A stretch of 63,921 bases of DNA, filler included, from Reticulomyxa filosa (GCA_000512085.1; 19 parts of 19 records of this genome joined end to end with filler, not necessarily neighbours in it); one strand, 5' to 3'; numbered from the whole stretch's first letter, positions 26,304 to 39,800 are shown. Translations and numbers: made by a program. Notes: generated from the sequence alone by a model not told the origin.

Positions 26304-27886
26304 AAAAAAAAAAAAAAAAAAAAAAAGAGTACAAAACAGCGTTCCATTCCGGCGAATTGGAGGCAACTGGCATGAGGACTACGTAGTTGTTACGGCTCGA
26401 ATTAGCTTTGTCATGATTCCCAGTCCATTTACTGCGGAACCAATGGACTTGATTAAATTGGAAGTATTTGCAGTCGTCGCTGGGCTCGTGCAAAGCCTTG
26501 CACTGCAAACAATTTGGTTGCTTGCATTTTTCGCAGACAAAACCTGGTTGCTTTTCCTCTGACAATACATTCAATTGGTTGCAGCTCGCATCGCAACAGC
26601 GTTTTGAGTTCTCCCAAGACTCGATCTCGCGCTGCGACAGCAAATCTGCCACTTTGTTGTATAAGTCGCCTTTGCAATGCTCTTCAATTTGCGACGGATT
26701 GACAGGCTACAAATATTGCGTTTAGTTGTATGCAGTTTTGAATATAATACATATATACGTATATGTATGTGGTGTATTTGTGTATACGTATATATGTACC
26801 AAAAAAAAAAAATTAAATTGGACCTTTTGGCAAAAGGGACAGGAAAAATCTTTGACACTATTGGCACATTGGGTTTGAATGGTGGAATGAAAGTCATCCA
26901 AACAAATAGGGTGTCGACAATTCAAAAGCATGACTCCGTCGGAATGCAAGGTGCGATTGCATGCAATACAAATAAACTCGTGGAAAATGTATCCACGTTT
27001 TTCCAGTGCGACCTCTGTGCGTTTTTGGTTTTCCAAGTCTTGGACATATTGCAAATAGATCTCCCATTGCATTTCTTGACACAAATCCCAAGCGCGACTG
27101 CGACTTTCTTCTGACGTTATATCTATCAAGCATTGCACGTATACCATAAAACGTATACGTTACGCACATGCAATACTTATTTGTATATGTATATATGTGT
27201 GTATCAGTTTGTTAAAAAAAAGAGAGAGAGAGAGAGAGAGAGGCAACCAAGTGTATTCATAGCAGTTTGAAATTCTTCAATGTCAATGTTGACTTGTTCT
27301 TGTGGAAGATCTGCGTAAATGTCTTTCAACAGACTGAGTTTGGTGGTGATCTCGGAAGAATGGCCAGCAGTACGTAGCGACGATTGCGGTGTGGGGTCTT
27401 TGGACTCTAGTTCATCGTCGTCGTTGCAAACAGAAATTTGCCATACGTTTTGCAAATGCTGCAAGGCTTGCTTGTGATTTTTGGAAATGAGATCGGTACA
27501 TGCATCGCGAATGTACTCCTTCAACACAAAGTCATTGACGTCATACCATTCGTCGCGAGATAAGTACTTTAACTGCTGTCGCTGTTGTTTGGATATGGGC
27601 TTGACCCAAGTCACAGGGACCACTTCGTTGGCTGCAATATCGCCATGCAACAGCACGCCCATGCGTCCGACAATACTCGCAATGGTAAAGTACGCTTCGC
27701 CACTTTGGCCTCCCCAACGTCCATGCATCTTGTCGTACTTTTGTACGTACATCTGTTCCGTCAGCGTGGATACGTACATCAACTCGCCCAAGCCATAGCA
27801 CAGTCGCAAGTCCATTTCCAATTGATTTTTCAAGTAATCTTCGATTGACACTTGCAACGATTTTTCGTCTACTTTGATCACTCGTC
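26304..27886 (-). CDS. RING1-IBR (RBR-like) zinc-finger protein, partial
   Basis: CIAC...LLNCRHPICLDDF...FSCPFC (RING) followed by CCDASC...FVCEKCKQPNCLQCKALHEPSDDC (IBR). Confidence 0.7.
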
Positions 27887-28147
27887 CTTTTTTTTTTTTT
27901 TTTTTTTACGTATACACATATANNNNNNNNNNNNNNNNNNNNNNNNNNNNNNNNNNNNNNNNNNNNTTAATTAATTAANNNNNNNNNNNNNNNNNNNNNN
28001 NNNNNNNNNNNNNNNNNNNNNNTTTTTTTTTAGCTATTCAAGATAAAAGAGCAACTTAATGATATTACCCACAAAAAGCTCAAGTATATTGACTTCAAAA
28101 CCCAAGATCATGTGACAAACATAAATATGCATCTTAAAAAGTTACTT

Positions 28148-30461
28148 TTATTTGTATAGATCATACAATTCCCAAATTCGAATTTCGCAATCATCAGAGC
28201 ATGATATAATTATACTACCGTTTTGGGAAACATCTACGCATTTTACTGATTGAGAATGTCCTTCCAACATTTGTATTTCCTTTCCTGATTCTACATTCCA
28301 TAATCGAATTGTATTATCACTTGAACACGACATAATTATTTGACCATCTGGAAAGTATTTTACATCATTAACACGATTTGTGTGTCCTTTCAATATTTTT
28401 AATCTTCTTCCAGTTTCAATATCCCATATTTGAATTGTATTATCCATTGAACAGGACGCAATACATTTGCCATCTGGAGAAAATGTTGCACTCGTTACAC
28501 AATCAGAATGTCCTTTGAATTGTTTCAATATTTCACCAGATTCTACGCTCCACAGGTTAATTATTTTATCAGATGATGATGATACAATCATTCTACCATT
28601 TGGTGAAAATTGTGCATTCAGTACATCGTTCAAATGTCCTAACAATTGTTTCATTTCTACTCCAGAATGTATATCCCATAATCTTATTATACAATCCTGT
28701 GAACATGATACAATATACTTTCCGTCTGGGGAAATGCATACATCCCATACCCGATCGAGATCTCTTTTTAATTTCATTATCTCGGTTCCTGTTTGAATAT
28801 CCCATAATCGAATTGTTCCATCTCCTGAACATGAAACAACAGTATGTTCATCTGGTGAAAATCTCGCAGAAAAGACTGCATTAGTATGCCCTCTGAAAGT
28901 TTGAAGCTGTTTTCCCGATGAAGCATCCCATATTTGAACAGTATTGTCATATGATGCTGAAACGATCTTGCGACAGTCCGCAGAAAATCTTACACTGCTC
29001 ACTGATCTGTCATGTGCTTGTAAAACCATAAATATTTCAAAGCCTTTTACCTATTGAAAATGCAAGCTATATCACAACAAGCACTTATATGTAAAAAAAA
29101 AATATTACTTAACATAGTTGATAATAATTTTGTTAAAATCATTAATCCATCCTAATTTTATCTCTAAAATTCGAATCCAATGTTGACAAATGATTTTGAC
29201 TTCGCGTTTTGACTGTTGATTTTTTTGTACTACTCATTTTTATAAATTTATTATATGCATTAAAAAAAAAAATAGTTTGAAAGGCTGCAAGTAATCTTAC
29301 CAAGTGTGAAGCAATCCATTCATTTACATTTGTCTTCACGTGTATTGGTACTGTATTCTCTTTGTCATCACTTCCCCCAATGATATGTATGCAAGTGTTA
29401 TCTTCATTTAATATTCCAAAACATTTATACAATGGAATAGGCAAAGTATATTCAAATGTGATCCATGAATTCTCTTGTATCAAATACTTATGTATTGCTT
29501 TTGAGGTAACATACTTATTACCTTCCCGGCAATGTCCTCCAAAGAATAAAATTGCATTATTGATGTGCACATATGCATAATAATTGAATATTTCAATATC
29601 TTCACAAACAGAAAGTTGACGAAATTGAAAAGTATTGTTATCTTCATCATATTTTATTGAAAGTCCTATCTTTTTACAAAACAATAACATTTCATTTTTG
29701 CGTCCTTTCTTTTCAATGTTATTTTCTTCTTGTCCATTTTCTGACTTTGATACAAAGCAATGATACCATATAACATCATCAATTGGTAAAATATCACGTT
29801 TAATAAATTTAAAAGTTTTTAAATTATACACACTTATATTGTTCTGACGATAAGTAATAAATAACAAATGACTGTTGCTTCCACCAATCACCGCACGCAT
29901 TCCTTGATAGTCATCTTCGTGTCTTGTAATGCGAATTATATGGTTGTCATTGCTTACCAAAGAAACCCATTGATTGTAATTGTTTGGTTTTTTAAATTTC
30001 TTTATATCGTTATCATTATTGTCATTATTGTCATTATTGTCACCATTGTCATCATTCCAAACACTTATATATTTCATTACCAATGTGTGCTCACAATATC
30101 TACCCAAAGACAATAAGGTAATTTCATTATTGTTTTCATAACTGCTGTTATCTACTAGTTTCATTACACAATGTCCATTTAAAAAAATGCTCTGTGGATA
30201 ATCGCAGATATACTTGTATTTGTTTTTGATTGTATGATAAGAATAACAGTCACTTTTTTTATAACCTCCACAAATGAGAATTTCGTGTTTATGTAGCACG
30301 CATTGCGGTTCAGAAAATGGAACAGGCAAATTCTTCAAACTTTGAAAGGGAGTTAAAACAGTAATAGCTTGTTCATAGTTTGTTTCAAGCGGATCAAGTG
30401 CAGAGTACTTCATACCTTGAAAGATAGTTGAGGTAGTTTGCTTTGTGTTTTGATTACCCAT
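28148..30461 (-). CDS. Kelch-like propeller + 33-aa box + 7xWD40 fusion protein
   Basis: Exons 30461-29301, 29212-29114 and 29050-28148 are joined by phase-0 GT-AG introns (29213-29300, 29051-29113). Kelch GG motifs (LICGG, LFFGG, IIGG), canonical GH..WD repeats, and an MGNQNT N-terminus compatible with myristoylation. Confidence 0.8.
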
Positions 30462-30879
30462 GTTGTTAATATTGCTGAACTATTAAGCAGATTAACTTTT
30501 TAAAAAAAGAGGCTGATATGATTCTTTTGAGACAGCCTAAAAAAAAGTTAAACAGTTAACAAATACCAGCAACTACTTTTCCTCCAGCTTGTTAATTACA
30601 AAGTATGCTCTATCTTTAAGATCAAAACGCAGCTACAACAAATAAAGATTATCAAACAAAAATTGTATCTACAGTGAATTTGTGTAATTACAAGTAACAA
30701 TTTGATATTGTTATAAGCTTTGTTTGCATGCTCACAGTACAAAAGACTGTTGATAAAATTGACAGATAAATACAAACAAATTTTTATCAATATATCACTA
30801 AAATAAGTTATTTTTGTTGCTTTTGTTTATTAAAAAGAAAAAATAATGAATATATCCACTTAAAAGTAAAATAAAAACT

Positions 30880-31150
30880 CAAATGAATTCATATTTGCTT
30901 AATGAGATATCTATGTTTATTACATGCAATTCCTTCTTATTTAGTCAGACATCCCAAAATCGAATTATATTATCACTTGATCCAGAATATCATATTTGGA
31001 CTGCAATCAACTTTGTTGTTATTTACTTCAAATGGCGAATATTCAACAGTATTTACCCGTCGTTTATATTCATCAAACGCTTGAATTTATTGACCAGATC
31101 AAATATTCCACAAATAGACACTGTTAAATGTCATAGCCACTTAAATCCAA
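30880..31150 (-). pseudogene. Degenerate tandem copy of last WD40 repeat
   Basis: Reads WNI*SGQ*IQAFDEY...ICSGSSDNIIRFWDV, paralogous to 31620-31790. Confidence 0.7.
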
Positions 31151-31447
31151 ACAAATGTCTGCATTAGTTTTTTTGTACTTGATAAGGATAATCTCTCTGT
31201 TTATAATCTCCACTAGTGAGGGTTTCGTATTCGGATTATGTTTCATGTAAAAATCTGATTCGTGTTGAAACGAAATTTTTTAAATTCGTTATTTCGAATC
31301 TTTCGACAATTGCATAAAAACATTTTCCAGTGTAAGTAGATCCAAATTATAAGACATTTTTACTCAATAAAAGGATACACTTGAAAAAACTCAATTTCAT
31401 TGTTCCTTTTTCAGACTTTTCAAAAGAAAAGATCAAAATGGCTTCAT

Positions 31448-33627
31448 TTATCCCCAAACAAAAATAGAACATTTACTTGAACCATAACACAAGTTGATGC
31501 TACAATAATCGTTTTTTGAATTATCCTTGTTCATTTTCGCTTTTGATGCTAAAGTTTTAACACACAATATTCCACTATTATCATTACTATTAATATCATT
31601 ATCACCATCAATCACATACAATTCCTTATTCGATCGAATATCCCAAAAACGAATTGTATTATCATCTGAGCCAGAGCATATTATATTACTGTTATTTACT
31701 ACAAATGGTAAAAATTCAACATCATTCACACAATATGTATGTCCATTAAACACTTGAATTATTGACCAGATCGAATATCCCATAAACGAACACTATGATC
31801 ATCTGATGCTGATAATATTGTATTTGCACCGCCGTTAATTCGTGATTCATTGGTTTCATATTTTACACTCATCACAGCATCTTCATGTCCTTTGAATAAA
31901 ATCAATTGTTTAGTTGTTTCAATATCCCATATTCGAATGGTATTATCATTTGATCCAGAGCAAATGGTGTATCCATTACCACCAATTACGCTAATACTAT
32001 TACTTTCATTATTGCTGATATTGCTTTGAAATGGTGAAATATCAACACATAAAACACTTTCTTCATGTCCATCAAAAACATGCAATGATTTGGATGTTTC
32101 AACATCCCATAAGTGAATTGTGTTGTCACCAGATCCAGAGCATAAATATCTACCACCATTGAATGTTGAGAATGCAATGCCACAAACACCATCAGTGTGC
32201 TGATTGAATACTTGAAGTTGTTGATTACGTTTGATATCCCAAAAGCGAATTGTATTGTCCCACGATGAAGAACAAATGACATTACGATGATAATTATGAT
32301 AATGATATATTGAAAATTTCACACAATTCACAGAATCAGAATGTCCACTGAATAATTGAATTTGTTTGTTATTCTCTACGTCCCATACACGAACTGTTTT
32401 ATCACCTGATCCAGAACAAATTAATTGCTTACAATCAAATGCCGAATAATCAATACTATTCACATAATCAGTGTGCCCCTTGAATATTTTGAGTAATTTG
32501 GATGATGAACGAAATAAATCAAAATTGAAAGTAGATGTTTCTTTGATATTAGGAATTATATGATAATAAAATTGATTATCATCTTCTTCATTGTTTTTGT
32601 TTTTTTCTTGCAATTTTTTTATTTCTTTTTCCTTTTCCAATATTATTTGATCTTTCAATTGTATTTCTTGTTTTAATTTTTCAAGTTCATTTAGAAGTGT
32701 TTTCTATTGAAATTATTTATTGTAATATCTAATATCCGTTTATTTGTAAAAGAATACATTTACAAAAAAAAAACCTTGATGATAATTTGAATTGAGAATA
32801 TCTTGTTTCAAAATCAGTGCCTTTAAAATTTCTTCGTATTGTTTTTTTTTATCCAAGTCTATTTGTTCTTTCAACTTTTCATTTTCTGATTGTAGTTGTT
32901 TTTTTTCTTCCTATATTTTTTTCCACCATAAAATATATGTCTTTCTTTTATATCTTGATTAGAAAAACAAGAATTACGCTATGTAACGTGTTGTTGTTGA
33001 ATAATCTCTTTGAATAATGCAACTTTCTTTATCACTAAATCAAAATGATATTTCATCATCGAAGTTAAATGTTTTTCCAATTCATATTCAAGACACAGTT
33101 GATTGCATTCAAACGATTTGAACCAGCAATTTACCATTTTTAAAGAACACGAATTGTCCAAGTGATATTTTAAATCTTTCAACTTTTCCTTTGAAATTAC
33201 ACATTCTTGTAATATCTCCAGATGTTTGCTCTTCTTTATTTTTTCTGTATGTTTTCAGATCTTGTTGGAATTGCATGGGACATACTACCGTTAAATCGTT
33301 AATATGTCATTGCGTTGATTTTATTTTGTAATATTCACAGCCATTGTGAGGCTGAACTGGGCAAGTGTTATTATTGCTATCAAGAAATTGCTTCAAACAA
33401 CTTTCTCCTGCAATCAACGATTCGTCCATATCTTTATGTTGAGCACAACAAATTTCAACCGGATTATTTGCAACTTGCTTGCAAACTAGACAAAGGAAAT
33501 GATTGACTTGTTCCAGTTGATTCGATTGTAAAATCCAGTTCTTGTCGAAACATCGTTGTTCGAAAGAAACAGGAATCACCCTAATTTGATCTTTTTCTTT
33601 TAGTTTCTCATCCTCGATTCTACTCAT
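31448..33627 (-). pseudogene. RING-like + TRAF zinc finger + coiled coil + WD40 (TRAF7-like architecture), disrupted
   Basis: CLVCKQVANNPVEICC..H..CPVQPH, CNFKGK..DLKYHLDNSC, and WD40 ORFs 31759-32658 and 31448-31783. Premature TGA at 33307, frameshifts near 33183 and 31760. Confidence 0.75.
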
Positions 33628-34502
33628 TCTTTTTTTAATTGCTAACAATTTCGCACAATTTTTTTTGTTAGAATTTTTAGTTTTTTTCTTGACAAAAAAG
33701 GAAAATTTTTAAGCCAAGTCGTGGTGAAGAAAGAGGATGAAGATAATTTTGATTACAAATATTGAGGTAACAGACATGTTTGTTGGTAACCATACTTTTT
33801 TAAATTACAGTATAAGAATTTAACTAATTAAAGTTAAATTTAAACCTGAAACCGCTTTCTTATTTTGACAAAATTTTTTAATGCATGAGCGGATAAAAAA
33901 GTCAAAATTTCTACTTTTGCTTTTTCTATAATTTGACGTGAAAAAATATTAAAGAAATATTTTTGTAATATGAAAGGAATCTTTCGACAAAAAAACAAAA
34001 TGAAATAATAAAATAATACTCAAAAGACAAGAAAATAAGGAAAATTTTTGGCGATGAAAAAAAAAAATCTTAAAAACCAAAGGTTCGTTTCCCCTTTTTA
34101 AGTTACAATAGTTGATAGGATATCATTTTGTATTATCATAATCTTTTTCATCTTAGATGAAACATTTACTTAAAATTTGTCAATAAGATATTTTATCATG
34201 ATAGCGTTTTCGATATTTGAATCTATTTTTAGATGGCTTATATATTGTACAATAAAAAGTGACAGCTATTGATTGACTTATGTTGATAATTTGATTCCAC
34301 TGGAATAATAGTAAATGATATTTGTTTCATGTTGAAGCAAATTCGTAGCTAAAATTGCACTAATTGAATACAAAATAAACACTCAACATTTCCTATAGTT
34401 ACNNNNNNNNNNNNNNNNNNNNNNNNNNNNNNNNNNNNNNNNNNNNTTAATTAATTAANNNNNNNNNNNNNNNNNNNNNNNNNNNNNNNNNNNNNNNNNN
34501 NN

Positions 34503-35117
34503 TTTATATGTATCGTTCTCGGCAAATCACTTGTGCCAAAGGGACAATAACAACAAAAAAATGTATGTACATATATCTTGTTGCTATAATAGAGTGAATA
34601 CACACAAAAAATAAAAAAAATGGAATGTTTGAAACGCATACGGTAGTAGCTGGTGGTGATGTTTTGAAACCTTTCTTGTCCTGTTTTGTTTTTGACACAA
34701 ATCAGAGAGTGCTCACAAAGTGTGACTGTTTTCGCTCGTTTTGCATGCCTGCGGTGTCCCATATTTGTAGTTTGACGGTTTTGCCATCAACCTCCAAGGC
34801 TTTGATTTCGAAGTCGACTCCTATTGTACTGATGTAGTCGCCTGTGAACTCACGATTCTATTTGCACGGCGTGTTCAAGTGCATTTGTTTTATGTTACTG
34901 CTGTTGTCCTTTTTGTTGTGTTGAACAAATGCCTGTGGCTTGTTCACCGAACTGCAAATCGTTTGAGTAAAGAGGACTTGCCCACACCCGAATCTCCAAC
35001 CATCACCACTTTCAGCAAACAGTCACTACATATTTAGATTGTAGCTTTGTAGTACAGAGAACTATCACAACAAAACAAAATCACATAGTGAACTCACTAC
35101 TCAGGAGCTCCAGTCAT
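34503..35117 (-). CDS. RAB1: Rab1-like small GTPase (3' truncated)
   Basis: Spliced product [80 protein letters not shown]. Confidence 0.85.
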
Positions 35118-35556
35118 TGCCTTTTTTGTGTCTATTAGATGCTGCCGATTCAGGATGCAACCAAAGCCTCCTTTCGTCTGTTTTGAATTTCTTAACTACA
35201 AAAAAACCAGTCGGTGCTGATATTTTTTTCATTTATCGTCAATTAAGGTTAACCAATAAAAATACACATTTTTGAATAGTACTATTTATTGTTAAGAAAA
35301 AATAGTACGATTATTTTACAATTTTAGCGTTACCTTGATATGCAAGTGCAGGGCTAGTACATTGGCGTTGTTGCAATTTTGAGATTTTAATATTTTCAAT
35401 TATGCTTTGCAGGCACATTTTTTTGTTGCATTATTTGTGGCAATTCTTACAAACAAAAGATGCAACGAACTTTCAACACTGAGGTGTCTTTTTTGAAAGA
35501 AAAAAACTTTTAAAAATTTCAAACATTCAGTTTTTTTTATTAAGATATAAAAAAAA

Positions 35557-37478
35557 ATGCAATTAGAAACAACAAAGAAAGCAGAAGAAGGAGAAAGATC
35601 CCCTGAAGATGTATTGAAGGACTTTCTTGACAAGAACAAAGTAAAAAAAAGCACCGAAGCAGCAGAAAAATTTTCACAAATTGGAGTAACTCTGGAAGAC
35701 TTGATGCAATATCGCGAAAAAGAGATTGAGTTTTGTCGTACATTTGGTTTTATTCTTACCGAAAAAAATTCACAAAAAAAAAAATAAACGAACAACATAT
35801 CAAAAGAGAGTTATGTGCCGACGCTGGAATAAGCGTGGTGAGCAAAATTGATTTATGTAAAGTGTTAAGAAGCACACCAGACAGTTATGCTTACAAAGAG
35901 GCACAAAGAACGAAAGTAGTATTGCCCCCATTGATATTACAAGCAAGCGAACAAGAGAAACTGGACGCGATATACGAAAAGGTGAAAAAGGTATCGGAAA
36001 AAGTGATGGCAATAGATAAAGAAGTAGAACAAATGGAACGAGAAAGTCAAGAAAAAAAAAAAGAAATAAATGGGAAATTTGAGGAAATGATATCAAATAT
36101 GACAAAACATAAAGAAAAGATAATAAATGAATTGGAAGAAATAAAAAATAAAAAAATAAATGAAATGAAAAAAATGAGAGAAGAATTAGTAAAAAAAGAA
36201 AAAGAAATGAAAGAATGGAATGAAAAATGGAATGAAGCAATGAGTGATCCAAATACAGATATTTATGTAAGAAAACAGAATATTCTAAATTTAATTGAAG
36301 CATCACCATTTTCTAATGATAATAAATTATTATCAATTAATCATTCAAATGTAATAGATAAAGATGATTTTAGTATTTCATTTGATTTTCCATCTACTCT
36401 TAATTTTTTTAATGAAAAATTTATATTGATACAAACAAAACAATATCCTACTTTAACTGATGTAATTGCTGATATTTCTGTCAATAATTCTATTTCAATT
36501 ATTTTACGTTGGACTGATAATTTTCGTTCATTCTCGAAATATGATTGTTTATTCGCTGTTCAATCCAAACTTATTGAAGATTTGAAAGATGAAAAAGATT
36601 CAAATGATGAAAAAACGAATCAAATAAATCAATGGAAAGATATCAAACAATTCAAATTACTTGAATCACAAACCAATCAAATCACCATTCAACATTCCTC
36701 TTTTCAACTATTTCACACTTTTGCTTTTCGAATTCGTGCCTTTTACAACTCTTTTTATGCCACTCCTTTCAGCAATGTTTTATCTTTAAATATTCCCAGT
36801 TTTGTTTTTTTTTTGTTGTTATTGAATCAATTGATGATGCATTTGTTGTTTTGTTTTGTTTTTAAGAACCCAAGTTTGAATCATCGATATTAACAAAAGA
36901 AGAAGATTGGATATTGCAATCGTATTTGCCAAAGAAAAGTGAAAGTAAATTGAGTTTGTTGTATCGTGGGTCTCGTGATGGATTTCGAGTACAAGACTTT
37001 CACTCAAAATGTGACAATCAAGGTCCCACTCTCACCATCGTTCAGTCCAATCAATACAATCATGTCTTTGGTGGTTTCACCAATATCTCTTGGACTTCTC
37101 CTCAGAGTGGTACTTACATGCAAGAGAGTGAATCATTTATATATTTGTTGCGATCTTCCAAGAGTGGTCAATCCCCTACCAAATGGACCATCAAAACCGT
37201 ACAATATGCTGTTTACCATTGTGCTAGTACTGGTCCCAGATTTGGTATAGTGTTTGATAGAATACTCTCACAAGAATAATTGATGTTTGATGTGTTTGTG
37301 TGCTTGTGAATGTAACATAGGTGGAGGACACGATTTTCACATTGCTGATCAGTGCAATACAAATAACGGCAACTATTCCAATGCTGGAAACAGCTATAAT
37401 TGTCCATCAGATCAAAATTTGTTAGCAGGAGCGTATAACTTCACAGTGAAAGAATTGGAAGTGTATAAAGTGCAGTGA
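35557..37478 (+). CDS. SAM-like + coiled coil + FN3-like + TLDc domain protein
   Basis: TLDc motifs LLYRGSRDGF..QDFHSKCDNQGPTLTIV, VFGGFT, GPRFG|GGHDF, FTVKELEVYKV. N-terminal GVTLEDLMQY..EIEELCADAGI is SAM-like. Confidence 0.85.
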
Positions 37479-37619
37479 GAATTTGTATTTCCATCGAACA
37501 GAAGAGCGACCAAAACACANNNNNNNNNNNNNNNNNNNNNNNNNNNNNNNNNNNNNNNNNNNNTTAATTAATTAANNNNNNNNNNNNNNNNNNNNNNNNN
37601 NNNNNNNNNNNNNNNNNNN

Positions 37620-37692
37620 TTTTTAAAATTTTTTTTTAGTTTACATTAAACAATTGCGCGTATGCGGAACGGTGGTAAAAATTCTCAAAACA

Positions 37693-37723
<31 letters not shown>

Positions 37724-38715
37724 TGCAAAAGGTGTTTGCCCAGACACACACACACACGCACACACATGGAATGCAATAAACGTGAAAAATGAAAAATTAT
37801 GCAAAACTCAATGCAAGACAAATGGAAGATGGCATAACATTTGGAACAAGCCCAAATCTTGCTTTTCCGAAAAATTTGACGTTGACAAATCATGCAATCA
37901 TAAGTTTCGTCGAGCATTTGCTTTGCCATGGTTTTTGCTCGACTTGACAAGTTGATGTCATTTTCCAACATCGCCTCCTCTTGTTCTCTGCTGAGGTAGT
38001 GGTCATATTCTCTGGGACGATATCTCCCATCTCCTCGTCCTCTGCCCCCTTTTCGTCGGAATGAAGGTCCGTTTTTATTTTTGTTTTTGTATTCGTATTT
38101 GTTTTCGTATTTGTTTTCGTATTTGTTTTCGTGTCCACGTTCATGTTGCTCGTGTTGTTCATGCTCGTATTCATTGTTATGTGAGACTTCATTTTCTTCA
38201 TTGCTTTTTTTTTGTTGTGCTCGAGGTGGTCTGATACTTTTGGTCGTTGTGGAATGATCGAAAGAAGCTGGGAAAAAAGATTGACTTGGACCGTCACTTC
38301 GCTGTTGAGACACTTCATTATTCGTTGTCGACGCTGTGTTGTCATTTATGCCCTCCATTGCTCTGCTTGTGTCTTCCATTATTGCCTTTGGCTGCTCTTG
38401 CTCTTCGCTCTTATTACTGTGCTTTGGCACATACATCACATTTGGCCGTGACTGGAACCTTCTCTCGTATTGACCTCCATTATTACCACGCCTTTGATGG
38501 TATTTGCCTGCGTTTTCTCTGTAATGATTGTCTGCTCTATGATAGCCTCCTCCTCTATCGTGCCTTTTTGGATGCGAAGAGTAACGTTGCTTTTCACTAT
38601 ATCTTTGTCTCTTTTCACTTTGATTGCTTTCTGTCATTTGTGAATAGGGTCGATTTTCTGTCACATCCGTTACTGTTGTTGTTTCACTATTTTCTTCGTT
38701 GGGCAATGCCGTCAT
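37620..38715 (-). CDS. NFX1: NF-X1-type zinc finger protein, N-terminal part
   Basis: YDCMICQRQIFRKSKIWACSKCYAIFHLSCIE is the NFX1/NFXL1 RING variant, following an RG-rich disordered N-terminus. Confidence 0.75.
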
Positions 38716-39121
38716 TTCGTCAGCTCTTTCCAGAGAATTTCGTTTCAAGGACGAGTGATCCAACGAAATTTTGGAGCGGAAAAAATAATAAGGGAAAAAA
38801 ATTAAATAGCAATAAAATGCGTTGAAATAAACGAATTTTTAAAAAAAAAAGAGTTTTTTGTTATCCTTTGAACTTTTCGCTTTTTTGTTTTTTGAAGTGA
38901 TATGGTGCAAGAATACTTCACAAAAGGCAATAATCACACATGATGTCCTCAAAATTACAATGGCCTAATAATGAAGAGACAAGTAAAATGTAATATCATT
39001 TAGACTAAGCTTAAATAATAATATTTTGATATATATTATATACATTCGACTGACTTACATGGACTTGTATAAAATGTCAAAAGGCAACATTGTGAACAGT
39101 GAACCGTAGAAGCGTAGTATA

Positions 39122-39600
39122 TCAGGCAAAGACTGTAGTCCAGCCAAAAAGAACAAAGAGCTTAGTATTATTGCACATAGTCTGAATGACATTGTCATTT
39201 CCTTGTCTTTGTGCTGCTGGAACTACATCCGAATCTGTTGTTGTTGGCTTGCATTTGGCTTGTATCCATTTGCGAATGTTTTGATTATTTACATTTGTTG
39301 TATCTTCCATTATTTGCACGATGCGAGATAAGTCTTCCATGCTCATCACATTTGTCAAATAATTACACAACAAGTTCTGCCAGTCCCATTTTGGTGTCAC
39401 ACACACCCCACCGTGATCGTCGCAAGAACGCACTTCCATCAACTGTGATGCATATGGACGTAATATATTCATCAAATAGCAATCCAATGGTTTATTTTAT
39501 TTTATTTTTGTTGTTATGTTACATTTTCGTTGCAACTTGCTGGAAGCTTTGTGTTTCGTTTTATACCTTGCTTCTCTTCTTTTTTGTCAAGAAGAATCGC
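39122..39600 (-). CDS. Hypothetical protein (possibly degenerate)
   Basis: 121-aa ORF with coding-like composition; no recognised motif. Confidence 0.3.
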
Positions 39601-39800
39601 AGCAATAAATGAATACCATCTCAAATATCTTCATTCACAAAGTGGATTATCCTTCTTGACGTGTATTATTTGAAATTAACAACAGCAAAAAACGAACAGT
39701 GCACACCGTCAAAAAAATAAACTTAAAAGTACTCTAAAAAGGTTAGCTCCAGTGAATCCATGTTTTAATCCAAATTTTTGCATTGCATTTTAGTGTTCAA

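Noticed and set aside
31080-33310. Stop-codon reassignment (TAA=Gln, TGA=Arg/Trp)
   Set aside because: In-frame stops cluster in copies that also carry frameshifts, while TAA and TGA terminate intact genes elsewhere in the window.
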